Counted from the first letter of the stretch, positions 47,050 through 54,811 are shown. The stretch is 64,000 bases of DNA from Rhizomicrobium sp. (GCA_044339125.1 JBIIWB010000006.1:24428-88427), one strand, 5' to 3'. Notes: generated by a model from the letters alone, not told the origin. Program-made: numbers and translations.

Positions 47050-47952
47050 ATGAAAAAGAATACTGAAAGCGACTCATATGTGCTGGTGGTAGAAGATGTT
47101 TCTTTAGCCAGAAGATCTTTTTGCAAACTCTTGTCTCAGAATGGGTTTCGAGTACTGGAGGCGAGCAGCATTTTCGAGGCGTTAGAAGCTATAGCGAAAC
47201 ATCAAGTAGGCACCGTAGTTTTAGATATTAATCTGCCGGACGGCGAAGGATATGAACTGATTGAGAGGGTGCGTGAGCAACAAAAATCTTATCCTTTTAT
47301 GCAATTCGTAATTATATCAGCTCATGTAACGACAGAGGGCGCCATACGCGCCATGCGCCTTTCGATTAGCGAACTTCTCACAAAGCCTTTCAAGCCCGTC
47401 GATTTTCGAGAAGCTGTTCAGCGCGCATCTTCACGTGAAAGACTTCTGAGAAAAAATGCAGCTATTGAAAATTCGGCCCTTGAGTCTTTGATTTATGTGA
47501 AGTCCCAAGCCGACACAGCAGTCGATCGCTTAACTCATCATCTGTCCACTGCCATTATTAATAAAAGAGACTTAAAGCAGCAGTGTGTAGCGAACCCAAT
47601 AAGGCAATTGAAAACAGTGAAGCCCGAAATTGCACTGCTCAACGTGTTATGCAGGGAATTTAGCGTACTGGTGAGTATATCCGCTTGGCATATGCTACTC
47701 ACCATTTATGAGGCGTACCTCAAGAATGCCCCCGTCACTGTGAAGGGTATTGCCGCCGCCTGTGATGTTCCGCTTTCCTCGGCATTGAGAAAGCTTGCCG
47801 AAATGGAAAAATCCAACCTGATTGTGCGTAAAGGCGATCCAAATGATGCAAGAAGGACTTTTGTGCACTTGTCTGAGCAGGGTTTAGATCAGATCCAGGC
47901 ATACTTTTTTATGGCAGAAGATTTTCACGCAGTTGCAAAATGTACGGGCTGA
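47050..47952 (+). CDS. response regulator: receiver domain fused to a MarR-type winged-helix DNA-binding domain
   Basis: The REC signature residues are all present (ED at 15-16, D59 in VVLDINLPDGEG, S90, K112-P). The C-terminal VTVKGIAAACDVPLSSALRKLAEMEKSNLIVRKGDPNDARRTFVHLSEQG matches the MarR recognition helix and wing (DP.D.R...V.L...G). AT-rich codon usage. Confidence 0.8.
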   Translation: MKKNTESDSYVLVVEDVSLARRSFCKLLSQNGFRVLEASSIFEALEAIAKHQVGTVVLDINLPDGEGYELIERVREQQKSYPFMQFVIISAHVTTEGAIRAMRLSISELLTKPFKPVDFREAVQRASSRERLLRKNAAIENSALESLIYVKSQADTAVDRLTHHLSTAIINKRDLKQQCVANPIRQLKTVKPEIALLNVLCREFSVLVSISAWHMLLTIYEAYLKNAPVTVKGIAAACDVPLSSALRKLAEMEKSNLIVRKGDPNDARRTFVHLSEQGLDQIQAYFFMAEDFHAVAKCTG

Positions 47953-48476
47953 TACATGTCGCTTTGCGGGACCTGGCGATCCAAAAATTAGGCTTAGTCG
48001 CTTGGACGGAAGTGTCCAGCCAGCTTGACGCTCCCGAACTACCTCTTAGTTTGGAAATGTATGATGATCAGCTAACACAGGCTTTATTTTCTGAGGTTTC
48101 CAGGCGCCTTGAACTAGACGGTTCGGAGTTTCTCAAACAGTTCGGTTGCCACTGGATAAGTTTCATTGTGAAAAGCAACTATTCTAATATTCTCAAATAT
48201 TTCGGACCGGATTTCAGGAGCTGCATAGCGAATCTGGACGCGCTCCATGTGTCAGTCTGCGACACCATGCAAAACGCTAGGACGCCGAAATTCACAATAT
48301 TGGTCAATGACGCCCACAGGATTACAATTCGCTATATCAGCCAATTGAAGGGACTAAGTCCATTTGTGGAAGGGCTTCTCAAAGGATTACTACAGCACTT
48401 TAATGAACAAGGTGAAGTTTCAGTGCTGCGAAGCGCACCTGATCACACTGACTTTCTTGTAACTTTAAACAACTAG
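47940..48476 (+). CDS. H-NOX (haem NO/O2-binding) sensor protein
   Basis: 178 aa. It starts MYGLIHVAL. NLDALH (H103) aligns to the proximal His motif NLDALHDHL of sGC beta1. RYISQL sits at the Y-x-S-x-R position, with Leu in place of Arg. It overlaps the regulator gene by 13 nt. Confidence 0.8.
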   Translation: MYGLIHVALRDLAIQKLGLVAWTEVSSQLDAPELPLSLEMYDDQLTQALFSEVSRRLELDGSEFLKQFGCHWISFIVKSNYSNILKYFGPDFRSCIANLDALHVSVCDTMQNARTPKFTILVNDAHRITIRYISQLKGLSPFVEGLLKGLLQHFNEQGEVSVLRSAPDHTDFLVTLNN

Positions 48477-48477
48477 T

Positions 48478-49593
48478 ATGCCCCAAGTTCCAGTTGCCAT
48501 CTTAGCTTTGTATTGGCCCGCATATGCTATCCTTGATCGTTCCCTGATAATTCAAGACTGCGGCCCGTCCTTACAGCATCACTATCGAGGTTCCTTGAAA
48601 GGAAGGCTCGCGACAGACTTTTTCGGCATTTCACCTGCGAGTTTGGAGCTAAGTATCGATGAGCCTGGTCGCTGTTTCTTGACGCAATCAGAACTTCTCC
48701 CTCTTCTGCGTGGCACTGCATTTCGTACACAGAATGAGGAAGTGGTCCTATTAATGAAGTACGAAGTCTCAAATCTGAACGAGGCGATACATCATGGGCT
48801 TTCATCAAAGGATTTTTGTTCAATTAACGGTGAGCATCAACAATTTATAAATTCCGCGCTCAAGGATTCTTTGCTAGCTGACCTTAGAAGTTACGCCGGC
48901 GAGCTTACAATCACCAAGGACTTGCTGCAGAAAATCATGCAATCACAGGCGCGTCTCACCAACTACCTTTGCCATGATTTTACGAATTTGCTTTCTGTAA
49001 TCTCTTTTGACGCAAGTCAGTTAGATGGTTCTTGCACGAAGCGAGAACGCAGTCAGATTTGTGAGAACATTTTAGTTGCCGCGCAATTAGGTGTTCACGT
49101 TAGCAAAACCATCACAAAACTGAACGCCGAGGCGACGACTTCGCGTATCTCCGTTGTTAGTTGGGTGTTGGATAACTTAAGTCTCATGAAATCAGCTGCG
49201 CATAATGCTGAACTCCATACCGAGCTTTTCGCACAAGATTGTCTGATTGAAGTTGACGAGAGAGAACTTCTTTTTTGCTTGTTAAACCTGCTAATAAATG
49301 CCCGAGAAGCGAATTTCAGTAGAGCGCCAATTACCGTCAGAACGACTTGTGAATTTCACAAGTCCAGACGGGTAATCATTATCTCTGTGGGAGGTATGGG
49401 CCATGGAATTTCACGTAACGCCAGAGATTTACTATCAACAACAAAAGGCCGTGACAGGGGGGTTGGGTTGCTCGCGGTCAGAAGTTTTTGTGACCGTTAC
49501 AATGGAGACTTTGTGATTGAAGAAAAGCAAGGGGCCGGAACAGTGGCATCAATATTCTTGCCGGTCTGTGATTATGCAGCGATGCATGCTTAA
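48478..49593 (+). CDS. cytoplasmic sensor histidine kinase (H-NOX-associated type)
   Basis: The ATG lies 1 nt after the H-NOX stop, and there are no TM segments. H-box LCHDFTNLLSVI (H166), N-box LLNLLINAREAN, STTK...GVGLL G2 region. The G1 box reads VGGMGHGI, with Gly where Asp is expected. The N-terminal ~120 aa look PAS/HNOBA-like. Confidence 0.8.
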   Translation: MPQVPVAILALYWPAYAILDRSLIIQDCGPSLQHHYRGSLKGRLATDFFGISPASLELSIDEPGRCFLTQSELLPLLRGTAFRTQNEEVVLLMKYEVSNLNEAIHHGLSSKDFCSINGEHQQFINSALKDSLLADLRSYAGELTITKDLLQKIMQSQARLTNYLCHDFTNLLSVISFDASQLDGSCTKRERSQICENILVAAQLGVHVSKTITKLNAEATTSRISVVSWVLDNLSLMKSAAHNAELHTELFAQDCLIEVDERELLFCLLNLLINAREANFSRAPITVRTTCEFHKSRRVIIISVGGMGHGISRNARDLLSTTKGRDRGVGLLAVRSFCDRYNGDFVIEEKQGAGTVASIFLPVCDYAAMHA

Positions 49594-49610
49594 TACCGAC
49601 ATACTACATG

Positions 49611-49635
49611 CAGCAATTTATACAATTGCTGTTCT
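49611..49635 (+). terminator. possible terminator of the H-NOX operon
   Basis: CAGCAATT-tatac-AATTGCTG, followed by TTCT, 17 nt after the kinase stop. Weak U-tract. Confidence 0.35.
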
Positions 49636-49787
49636 AACGCTTTCCTCTTGCGCTTCGATGAACGGATAGCTGGCCTTTGCAAGGCGGCGTGGGGATGATC
49701 CCGTCACAATCGCCGCTATGGACGTGCCAGTCGCAGCTTCTAGCTCATCTGACCTGACGGATATTTTGTACCAGCGGCATTGAGAGA

Positions 49788-50660
49788 CTATTGCGTGGCG
49801 CCCATTTGGTCCAGAGGTGGGGCAGCTGGGCTAAATGCCTGCGGTGCTGGTGGCCGATATCCCAGCGATGAGTGGGGTCTGGCGGTGTTGTAGTGACTAC
49901 GCCATTGCCCAATCGCAGCCTTGGCCCCCTTCAGGCTGTAGAAGATCTCCCCATTGAGCAGTTCGTCACGCAGCTTGCCGTTGAAGCTCTCGCAATAGCC
50001 ATTCTCCCACGGGCTTCCAGGCTCAATGTACAGCGTCTTGGCCCCAACACTCGCAAGCCAGCTGCGTACAATCTTGGACGTCATCTCAGGCCCATTGTCT
50101 GACCGGATGTGCTCCGGAACACCGCGGGTCAACATCACGTCGGCCATAGTCTCAATCACACCCAGGCTATTGATCCGTCTGGCAACACGGATTGCTAGGC
50201 ACTCCCGCGTAAACTCGTCAATCAGCGTCATAAGCCGCACCTTGCGGCCAGCATGTGTCTGAGCCTCTACGAAGTCGTAAGACCAGACGTGGTTACGTCT
50301 TTCCGGTCTCAGCCGGACGCAAGCCCCATCATTGAGCCATAAACGGCTCCTAGCCCTCTGTTTACTGGGAACTTTAAGCCCCTCACGGCGCCAGATGCGT
50401 TGCACGCGGTCAGTGCCAACAGTCCATCCTGCTTCCTTGAGAAGCCACGTGATCCGACGATAGCCATGGCGGCCATACTCTGACGCCAAACCAATAATGG
50501 CCTGGGTCAGAGCATCTTCGTCCGCACGAGAAATCACTGTGTAACGCTGCGTACCACGTGGCTGATTAGTAAGCCGGCAAGCACGACGTTCCGAGAGACT
50601 GTACTTCTCACAAGCCCCCGCAACTGCCTGCCGGCGACGTTCGGGGCTTACATGTTTCCC
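49788..50660 (-). CDS. IS3 transposase OrfB (DDE integrase core), expressed as OrfAB by -1 frameshift
   Basis: The -1 frame is open from the slippery site: [51 protein letters not shown]... It then carries DFV..., [10 protein letters not shown] and [17 protein letters not shown] (a DDE/rve core). Confidence 0.9.
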   Translation of the reverse strand, partial: GKHVSPERRRQAVAGACEKYSLSERRACRLTNQPRGTQRYTVISRADEDALTQAIIGLASEYGRHGYRRITWLLKEAGWTVGTDRVQRIWRREGLKVPSKQRARSRLWLNDGACVRLRPERRNHVWSYDFVEAQTHAGRKVRLMTLIDEFTRECLAIRVARRINSLGVIETMADVMLTRGVPEHIRSDNGPEMTSKIVRSWLASVGAKTLYIEPGSPWENGYCESFNGKLRDELLNGEIFYSLKGAKAAIGQWRSHYNTARPHSSLGYRPPAPQAFSPAAPPLDQMGATQ

Positions 50661-50959
50661 GAGGCGATATCCTTGAGGACTTGCTTATCCAGTGAGAGAT
50701 CTGCAACCAGCCGTTTCAGCCGGGCATTCTCTTTCTCCAGGTCCTTCATACGCCGAGCCTGATCCAGCTCTAAACCGCCATATTCTTTGCGCCAGCGGTA
50801 GTAGCTCTGCTGCGATATCCCAGCTTCTCGGCACGCCATCGGGGCACCCTTGCCCTGAGAGATCAAAACTTCAATCTGGCGTAGCAAAATTACTATCTGC
50901 TCCGCGCTAAAACGCTTCTTCGGCATAACTAAGGTCCTTTCCAAGTCAGTTTCTCTCAA
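50648..50959 (-). CDS. IS3 transposase OrfA (HTH)
   Basis: [86 protein letters not shown] is a typical IS3 OrfA with a leucine zipper. Confidence 0.92.
   Translation of the reverse strand: MRETDLERTLVMPKKRFSAEQIVILLRQIEVLISQGKGAPMACREAGISQQSYYRWRKEYGGLELDQARRMKDLEKENARLKRLVADLSLDKQVLKDIASGNM
50654..50660 (-). other. programmed -1 frameshift heptamer G_GGA_AAC
   Basis: The X_XXY_YYZ heptamer is in the correct phase of orfA (tcG GGA AAC atg taa). It lies 3 nt before the orfA stop. Confidence 0.7.
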
Positions 50960-51074
50960 ACCGCTTGGTACAAAAAGACCCAGTCAGGTCAGGCGCCCTG
51001 CCTCATTTTCGCCCGCTTTGACAGGCGGCCTGACCGGCGGCAGAGTTCGGCCAAATCAACAAGAAGAATATGCA

Positions 51075-51084
51075 GGGGGGGGGG
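51075..51084. repeat. G10 homopolymer at the RBS position of the permease gene
   Basis: Ten G at 51075-51084. The ATG of the next gene is at 51089. Confidence 0.95.
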
Positions 51085-51088
51085 CGTC

Positions 51089-52444
51089 ATGCCGCGTGAG
51101 GGAAGTGCCGCGCCACGGAAAACCCTGTCGCTTGTCGACGGCCTCGTACTCGTTGTGGGCATGGTGGTCGGCATCGGAATCTTCGCCCTGCCGGCGCAGG
51201 TCGCCATGTTCGCCGGCAACAGCTTCAACTATCTCGCTTTGTGGCTGGCGGGCGGCGCGCTCGCGCTCAATGGCGCGCTTTGCTACGCCGAACTCGCCGG
51301 ACGCTTCCCCAGCGCCGGCGGCGAATACCAGTTTCTCTCCCGCGCCTATGGCAAGAACCTCGCCATCCTGTTCGCCTGGGCCCGCTGCAGCGTGATCCAG
51401 ACCGGCTCGATCGCGCTGGTCGCTTTTGTCTATGGCGACTATGCCCAGTCGCTGCTGCCGCTCGGCGCGCACGGCGCGGCGGTCCATGCCGCCATCATCA
51501 TCGCCATCTTCACCGCCATCAACATGGCGGGCACCTTCCAGGGCACGCTGGCGCAGAAGGTCTTCACCAGCCTGGACATGCTGGCCTTGATCTCGCTGCT
51601 GGCGGCGGGCGCCGTGCTGATCCTGGGCGGAACCGCCGCGCCCGCGCCGGTGGCCGCACCGTCTTCTGGCGGCGGCGGCATGATCGGCCTCGCCATCGTC
51701 TTCGTGATGCTGACCTATGGCGGCTGGAACGAAAGCGCCTATCTCTCCGCCGAGCTGAAGGACGGCAAGCGCAACATGGTCCGCGTTCTGGTGTTGAGCA
51801 TCCTCGTGGTGACCGCGCTCTATTTCGCCGTCGCCTTCATCTATTTGCAGGCCGTCGGCTTCGACGCGCTCGCCAAAAGCAGCACCATCGCCGCCGATGT
51901 GATGGGCGCCGCCTTCGGTCCCGCAGGCGCCACGGCCATCGCGATCTTCATCTGCGGATCGGCCATCAGCACGCTCAACGCCACCATCTTCACCGGCGGC
52001 CGCATCTATTACGAACTCGGGCGTGATCTGCCCTGGCTGCAGAAATTCGGCCGCTGGAGCGCAGCTGGCGAAAATCCCGTCAACGCCTTCGTGCTGCAGG
52101 GCGCGGTGGCGCTGCTGCTGGTGCTGCTGGCCGTCAATCTGCAGAAGAGTGGCCTTCAGACCATGGTGGACTATATCACCCCGGTCTTCTGGCTGTTCAT
52201 GACCCTGGTGGGCGTCTCGCTCTTCCTGTTCCGTCATCGCGGCCAGGGCGAGAGCGGCGGCTATCGCGTGCCACTCTATCCGGTGACGCCGCTGATCTTC
52301 GTCGCCACCTGTCTCTATATGCTTTATTCCAGCGTGGACTATGTCCAGCAAGGCACCCTGATCGGTCTCGCCATGCTGCTGGCCGGTGTGCCGCTGCTCT
52401 TCTTCCGGGGTCGGGCCCAACCCGCCTCAAATGCCGCTGAATGA
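51089..52444 (+). CDS. APC-superfamily amino acid permease
   Basis: 451 aa, 12 TM-like segments. Contains GIGIFALPA and the ELAGRFPSAGGEYQF motif typical of APC transporters. Confidence 0.9.
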   Translation: MPREGSAAPRKTLSLVDGLVLVVGMVVGIGIFALPAQVAMFAGNSFNYLALWLAGGALALNGALCYAELAGRFPSAGGEYQFLSRAYGKNLAILFAWARCSVIQTGSIALVAFVYGDYAQSLLPLGAHGAAVHAAIIIAIFTAINMAGTFQGTLAQKVFTSLDMLALISLLAAGAVLILGGTAAPAPVAAPSSGGGGMIGLAIVFVMLTYGGWNESAYLSAELKDGKRNMVRVLVLSILVVTALYFAVAFIYLQAVGFDALAKSSTIAADVMGAAFGPAGATAIAIFICGSAISTLNATIFTGGRIYYELGRDLPWLQKFGRWSAAGENPVNAFVLQGAVALLLVLLAVNLQKSGLQTMVDYITPVFWLFMTLVGVSLFLFRHRGQGESGGYRVPLYPVTPLIFVATCLYMLYSSVDYVQQGTLIGLAMLLAGVPLLFFRGRAQPASNAAE

Positions 52445-52475
52445 TCCCGTTTTCGCAATCCTTGAGGAGGTACCT

Positions 52476-53276
52476 ATGACATCCAAGTTTGCTTTCCGTT
52501 CCATCATCGCCGCCGGTGCGTTCGCCCTTGTCGCCGCGGGCGGCGTCGCCATCGCCCAGCAGAAGCCGTTCGAGCCGCAGGTCGGCCAAGCCGGCAAGGA
52601 CGTGGTCTGGGTGCCGTCGCCGGATGGCCTGGTCACCGCCATGCTCGACATGGCACGTGTGACCAAGAGCGATTATCTGGTCGATCTGGGTTCGGGCGAC
52701 GGCAAGACCGTCATCGCCGCCGCCAAGCGCGGCGTGCGGGCCCAGGGCATCGAATACAATCCCGACATGGTGGCGCTGTCGCGCAAGAACGCCGCCGCCG
52801 CGGGCGTGACCAACCTGGCCACCTTCACCAATGGCGACATCTTCCAGACCGATTTCACCAAGGCCACGGTCGTGACGATGTTCCTGCTGCCGTCGCTCAA
52901 TGTCCGCCTGCGTCCGCAACTGCTCAAGATGCGGCCGGGCACCCGCATCGTCTCCAACTCGTTCGACATGGGCGACTGGACCCCGGACCAGGAAGCCGGC
53001 GCCAAGGGCGACTGCACCAGCTATTGCCGCGCCATGCTCTGGATCATCCCGGCGCAGGTGGACGGCACCTGGAAGACCACCAATGGCCAGCTGGTGCTGG
53101 ACCAGAAGTACCAGATGCTGATCGGCTCGATGACCAATGGCGGCAGCACCTCACAGATCAGCGAAGGCAAGATGAACGGTGAGAATATCACCTTCACCGC
53201 CGGCGGCCGCACCTATTCGGGCAAGGTCAATGGCAACAGCATTCTGGGCAATGGCTGGACCGCCACCAAGGGCTAA
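52476..53276 (+). CDS. class I SAM-dependent methyltransferase with N-terminal signal peptide and C-terminal beta-rich domain
   Basis: Start set at ATG 52476 (GAGGAGG RBS). Signal-like MTSKFAFRSIIAAGAFALVAAGGVAIA-QQ. SAM motif I reads YLVDLGSGDGKTVIAAA. Confidence 0.8.
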   Translation: MTSKFAFRSIIAAGAFALVAAGGVAIAQQKPFEPQVGQAGKDVVWVPSPDGLVTAMLDMARVTKSDYLVDLGSGDGKTVIAAAKRGVRAQGIEYNPDMVALSRKNAAAAGVTNLATFTNGDIFQTDFTKATVVTMFLLPSLNVRLRPQLLKMRPGTRIVSNSFDMGDWTPDQEAGAKGDCTSYCRAMLWIIPAQVDGTWKTTNGQLVLDQKYQMLIGSMTNGGSTSQISEGKMNGENITFTAGGRTYSGKVNGNSILGNGWTATKG

Positions 53277-53281
53277 AGTCC

Positions 53282-53303
53282 GACCTGACCTGACCTGACC
53301 TGA
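53282..53303. repeat. (GACCT)x4 pentanucleotide tandem repeat
   Basis: GACCTGACCTGACCTGACCTGA lies between the methyltransferase stop and its terminator. Confidence 0.9.
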
Positions 53304-53305
53304 AC

Positions 53306-53346
53306 AACCCCGCCGTGCGGCGACGCGCGGCGGGGTTATTCTTTTT
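53306..53346 (+). terminator. rho-independent terminator
   Basis: AACCCCGCCG-12 nt-CGGCGGGGTT, followed by ATTCTTTTT. Confidence 0.75.
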
Positions 53347-53350
53347 GGAA

Positions 53351-54706
53351 TTATTCCTTGCGCACCTTTGCCGCCGCCGCGCCCTTGCCATGCGTGGTGG
53401 TGAAATAGAGCGTCAGGATCGCCGCCACCATGCCGCCCGCGATGGCGGGGGCCCGCCAGTCAAGCTGCAATAGCTGTCCGGCGATAAGCCCGGCGCAGAT
53501 CACGGCGCCGCAGGCGGGCACGACGATGGGCACGTTGAAGCGGCCCTTCAATTTGCCTTCCCGCCGCATCAGCAGCACCAAGGCGCTGTTGACGATGGTG
53601 AAGACCAGCAGCAGCAGCAGCACCGTGGCGCCGGCCAGCTGCGAGATGTCGCCCGCGAATTGCAGCGCCACGATGATGACGAACAGCACCATCACCGCGA
53701 CATGCGGCGTGTGGCGCGTCGCATGCACCTTGCCGAGCGCGGATGGCAGAAGGCCCTGCTTGGCCAGGCCATAGAGCATGCGCGAGCCCATCACGGTATT
53801 GACCAGCGCAGTATTGGCGACGGCGGCGATGGTGATGAAGGTAAAGCCGATGGCGGGAAACCAGGGTGCGGCCCGTTCGATCACGGCGCGCAGGGGCGCG
53901 GGCGCCGCCGCCAGTTCCTTCCACGGCACCACCGACACCGCCGTAAGCGCCACCAGCATGTAGAGCGTGCAGACCACCAGCATCGCCCCGATCATGGCGA
54001 TGGGCATGTTGCGTTCGGGCTCTTTCACTTCCTCGGCGACATTGAGCATGTCTTCGAAGCCCAGGAAGGAGAAGAAGGTCAGCAGCGTTCCCTGCATCAG
54101 CAGCGCCGCCGTCACCAGGCCTTCGGGATTGGCGGCGGTGGCGGGCACTTCGGTCAGGTCGGCCTGGCCCCAGAAGCGCATGCCAACCGCGATCACCAGC
54201 ACCAGGCCCGCGGCCTCGATGAAGGTGCAGGCGGTGTTGGCCCACAGCGACTCGGTGATGCCGCGCCAGACAAGGCCGCACACCAGCAGCAGAAAGCCCA
54301 CTGCCAGCAACAGCACCTCCAGCGGCGCGCCCGCCACCGAGACGCCGAAATCCAGTCCGAACAGGGTGTTCAGGTTCAGCGCCACAACCTTGGACTGGGT
54401 GGCGGCCGAGGCGATGCCCGACGCCACCACCGCCAGCCCCACCAGATAACTCAGCCACGGGGCGGCGAAGGCGCGTTGGGTGGCATAGGCGGCCCCGGCG
54501 GCGCGCGGGTAGCGCGAGGCGATGGAGGCGTAGGAAAGCCCGGTCAGCAGGGCTGCGGTCATGGCCAGCAGAAAGGCCATCCACATGGCCCCGCCCATCA
54601 CCCCCGCCGCGCGCCCCACCAAGCCGTAAATGCCCGCGCCCAGCATGGAGCCGATGCCATAGAGCATCATCTGGCCGGGGCCGACGGTGCGTTTCAGTTC
54701 CGCCAT
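53351..54706 (-). CDS. APC-superfamily amino acid permease (second, different subfamily)
   Basis: 451 aa. MAELKRTVGPGQMMLYGIGSMLGAGIYGLVG..., polytopic. Confidence 0.9.
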   Translation of the reverse strand: MAELKRTVGPGQMMLYGIGSMLGAGIYGLVGRAAGVMGGAMWMAFLLAMTAALLTGLSYASIASRYPRAAGAAYATQRAFAAPWLSYLVGLAVVASGIASAATQSKVVALNLNTLFGLDFGVSVAGAPLEVLLLAVGFLLLVCGLVWRGITESLWANTACTFIEAAGLVLVIAVGMRFWGQADLTEVPATAANPEGLVTAALLMQGTLLTFFSFLGFEDMLNVAEEVKEPERNMPIAMIGAMLVVCTLYMLVALTAVSVVPWKELAAAPAPLRAVIERAAPWFPAIGFTFITIAAVANTALVNTVMGSRMLYGLAKQGLLPSALGKVHATRHTPHVAVMVLFVIIVALQFAGDISQLAGATVLLLLLVFTIVNSALVLLMRREGKLKGRFNVPIVVPACGAVICAGLIAGQLLQLDWRAPAIAGGMVAAILTLYFTTTHGKGAAAAKVRKE

Positions 54707-54811
54707 GACGGGTTCCCGCTTCGCTTATTACGCTTCATGGGGGCCATCATGGGGGCAAACGCCGTGGAAATGCGAGCGGGCGGGGTATTAGACTGCGGCC
54801 GGAGGTCCCCC

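Larger units (their letters stand above)
49750..50991 (-). mobile_element. IS3-family insertion sequence (complete, 1242 bp)
   Basis: Imperfect ~40-bp terminal inverted repeats: TGACCTGACGGATATTTTGTACCAGCGGCATTGAGAGA against TGACCTGACTGGGTCTTTTTGTACCAAGCGGTTTGAGAGA. orfA and orfB are arranged with a -1 frameshift site. orfB ends inside the IR. Confidence 0.9.

Noticed and set aside
50992-51020. Weak similarity of GGCGCCCTGCCTCATTTT to the end of the tRNA-Phe repeat (GTCCCTGGGCACCATTT), considered as a degenerate distal att site of the AT-rich cassette.
   Set aside because: Too few matching positions and no extended alignment. It cannot be distinguished from chance by eye. It is left as a check for a mismatch-tolerant search.
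53282-53303. Resemblance between the (GACCT)n repeat (…TGACCTGACCTGAC…) and the IS3 terminal sequence TGACCTGAC.
   Set aside because: The match is only 9 nt of low information content and no further IR-like sequence follows. It is most likely coincidence rather than a solo IS end.
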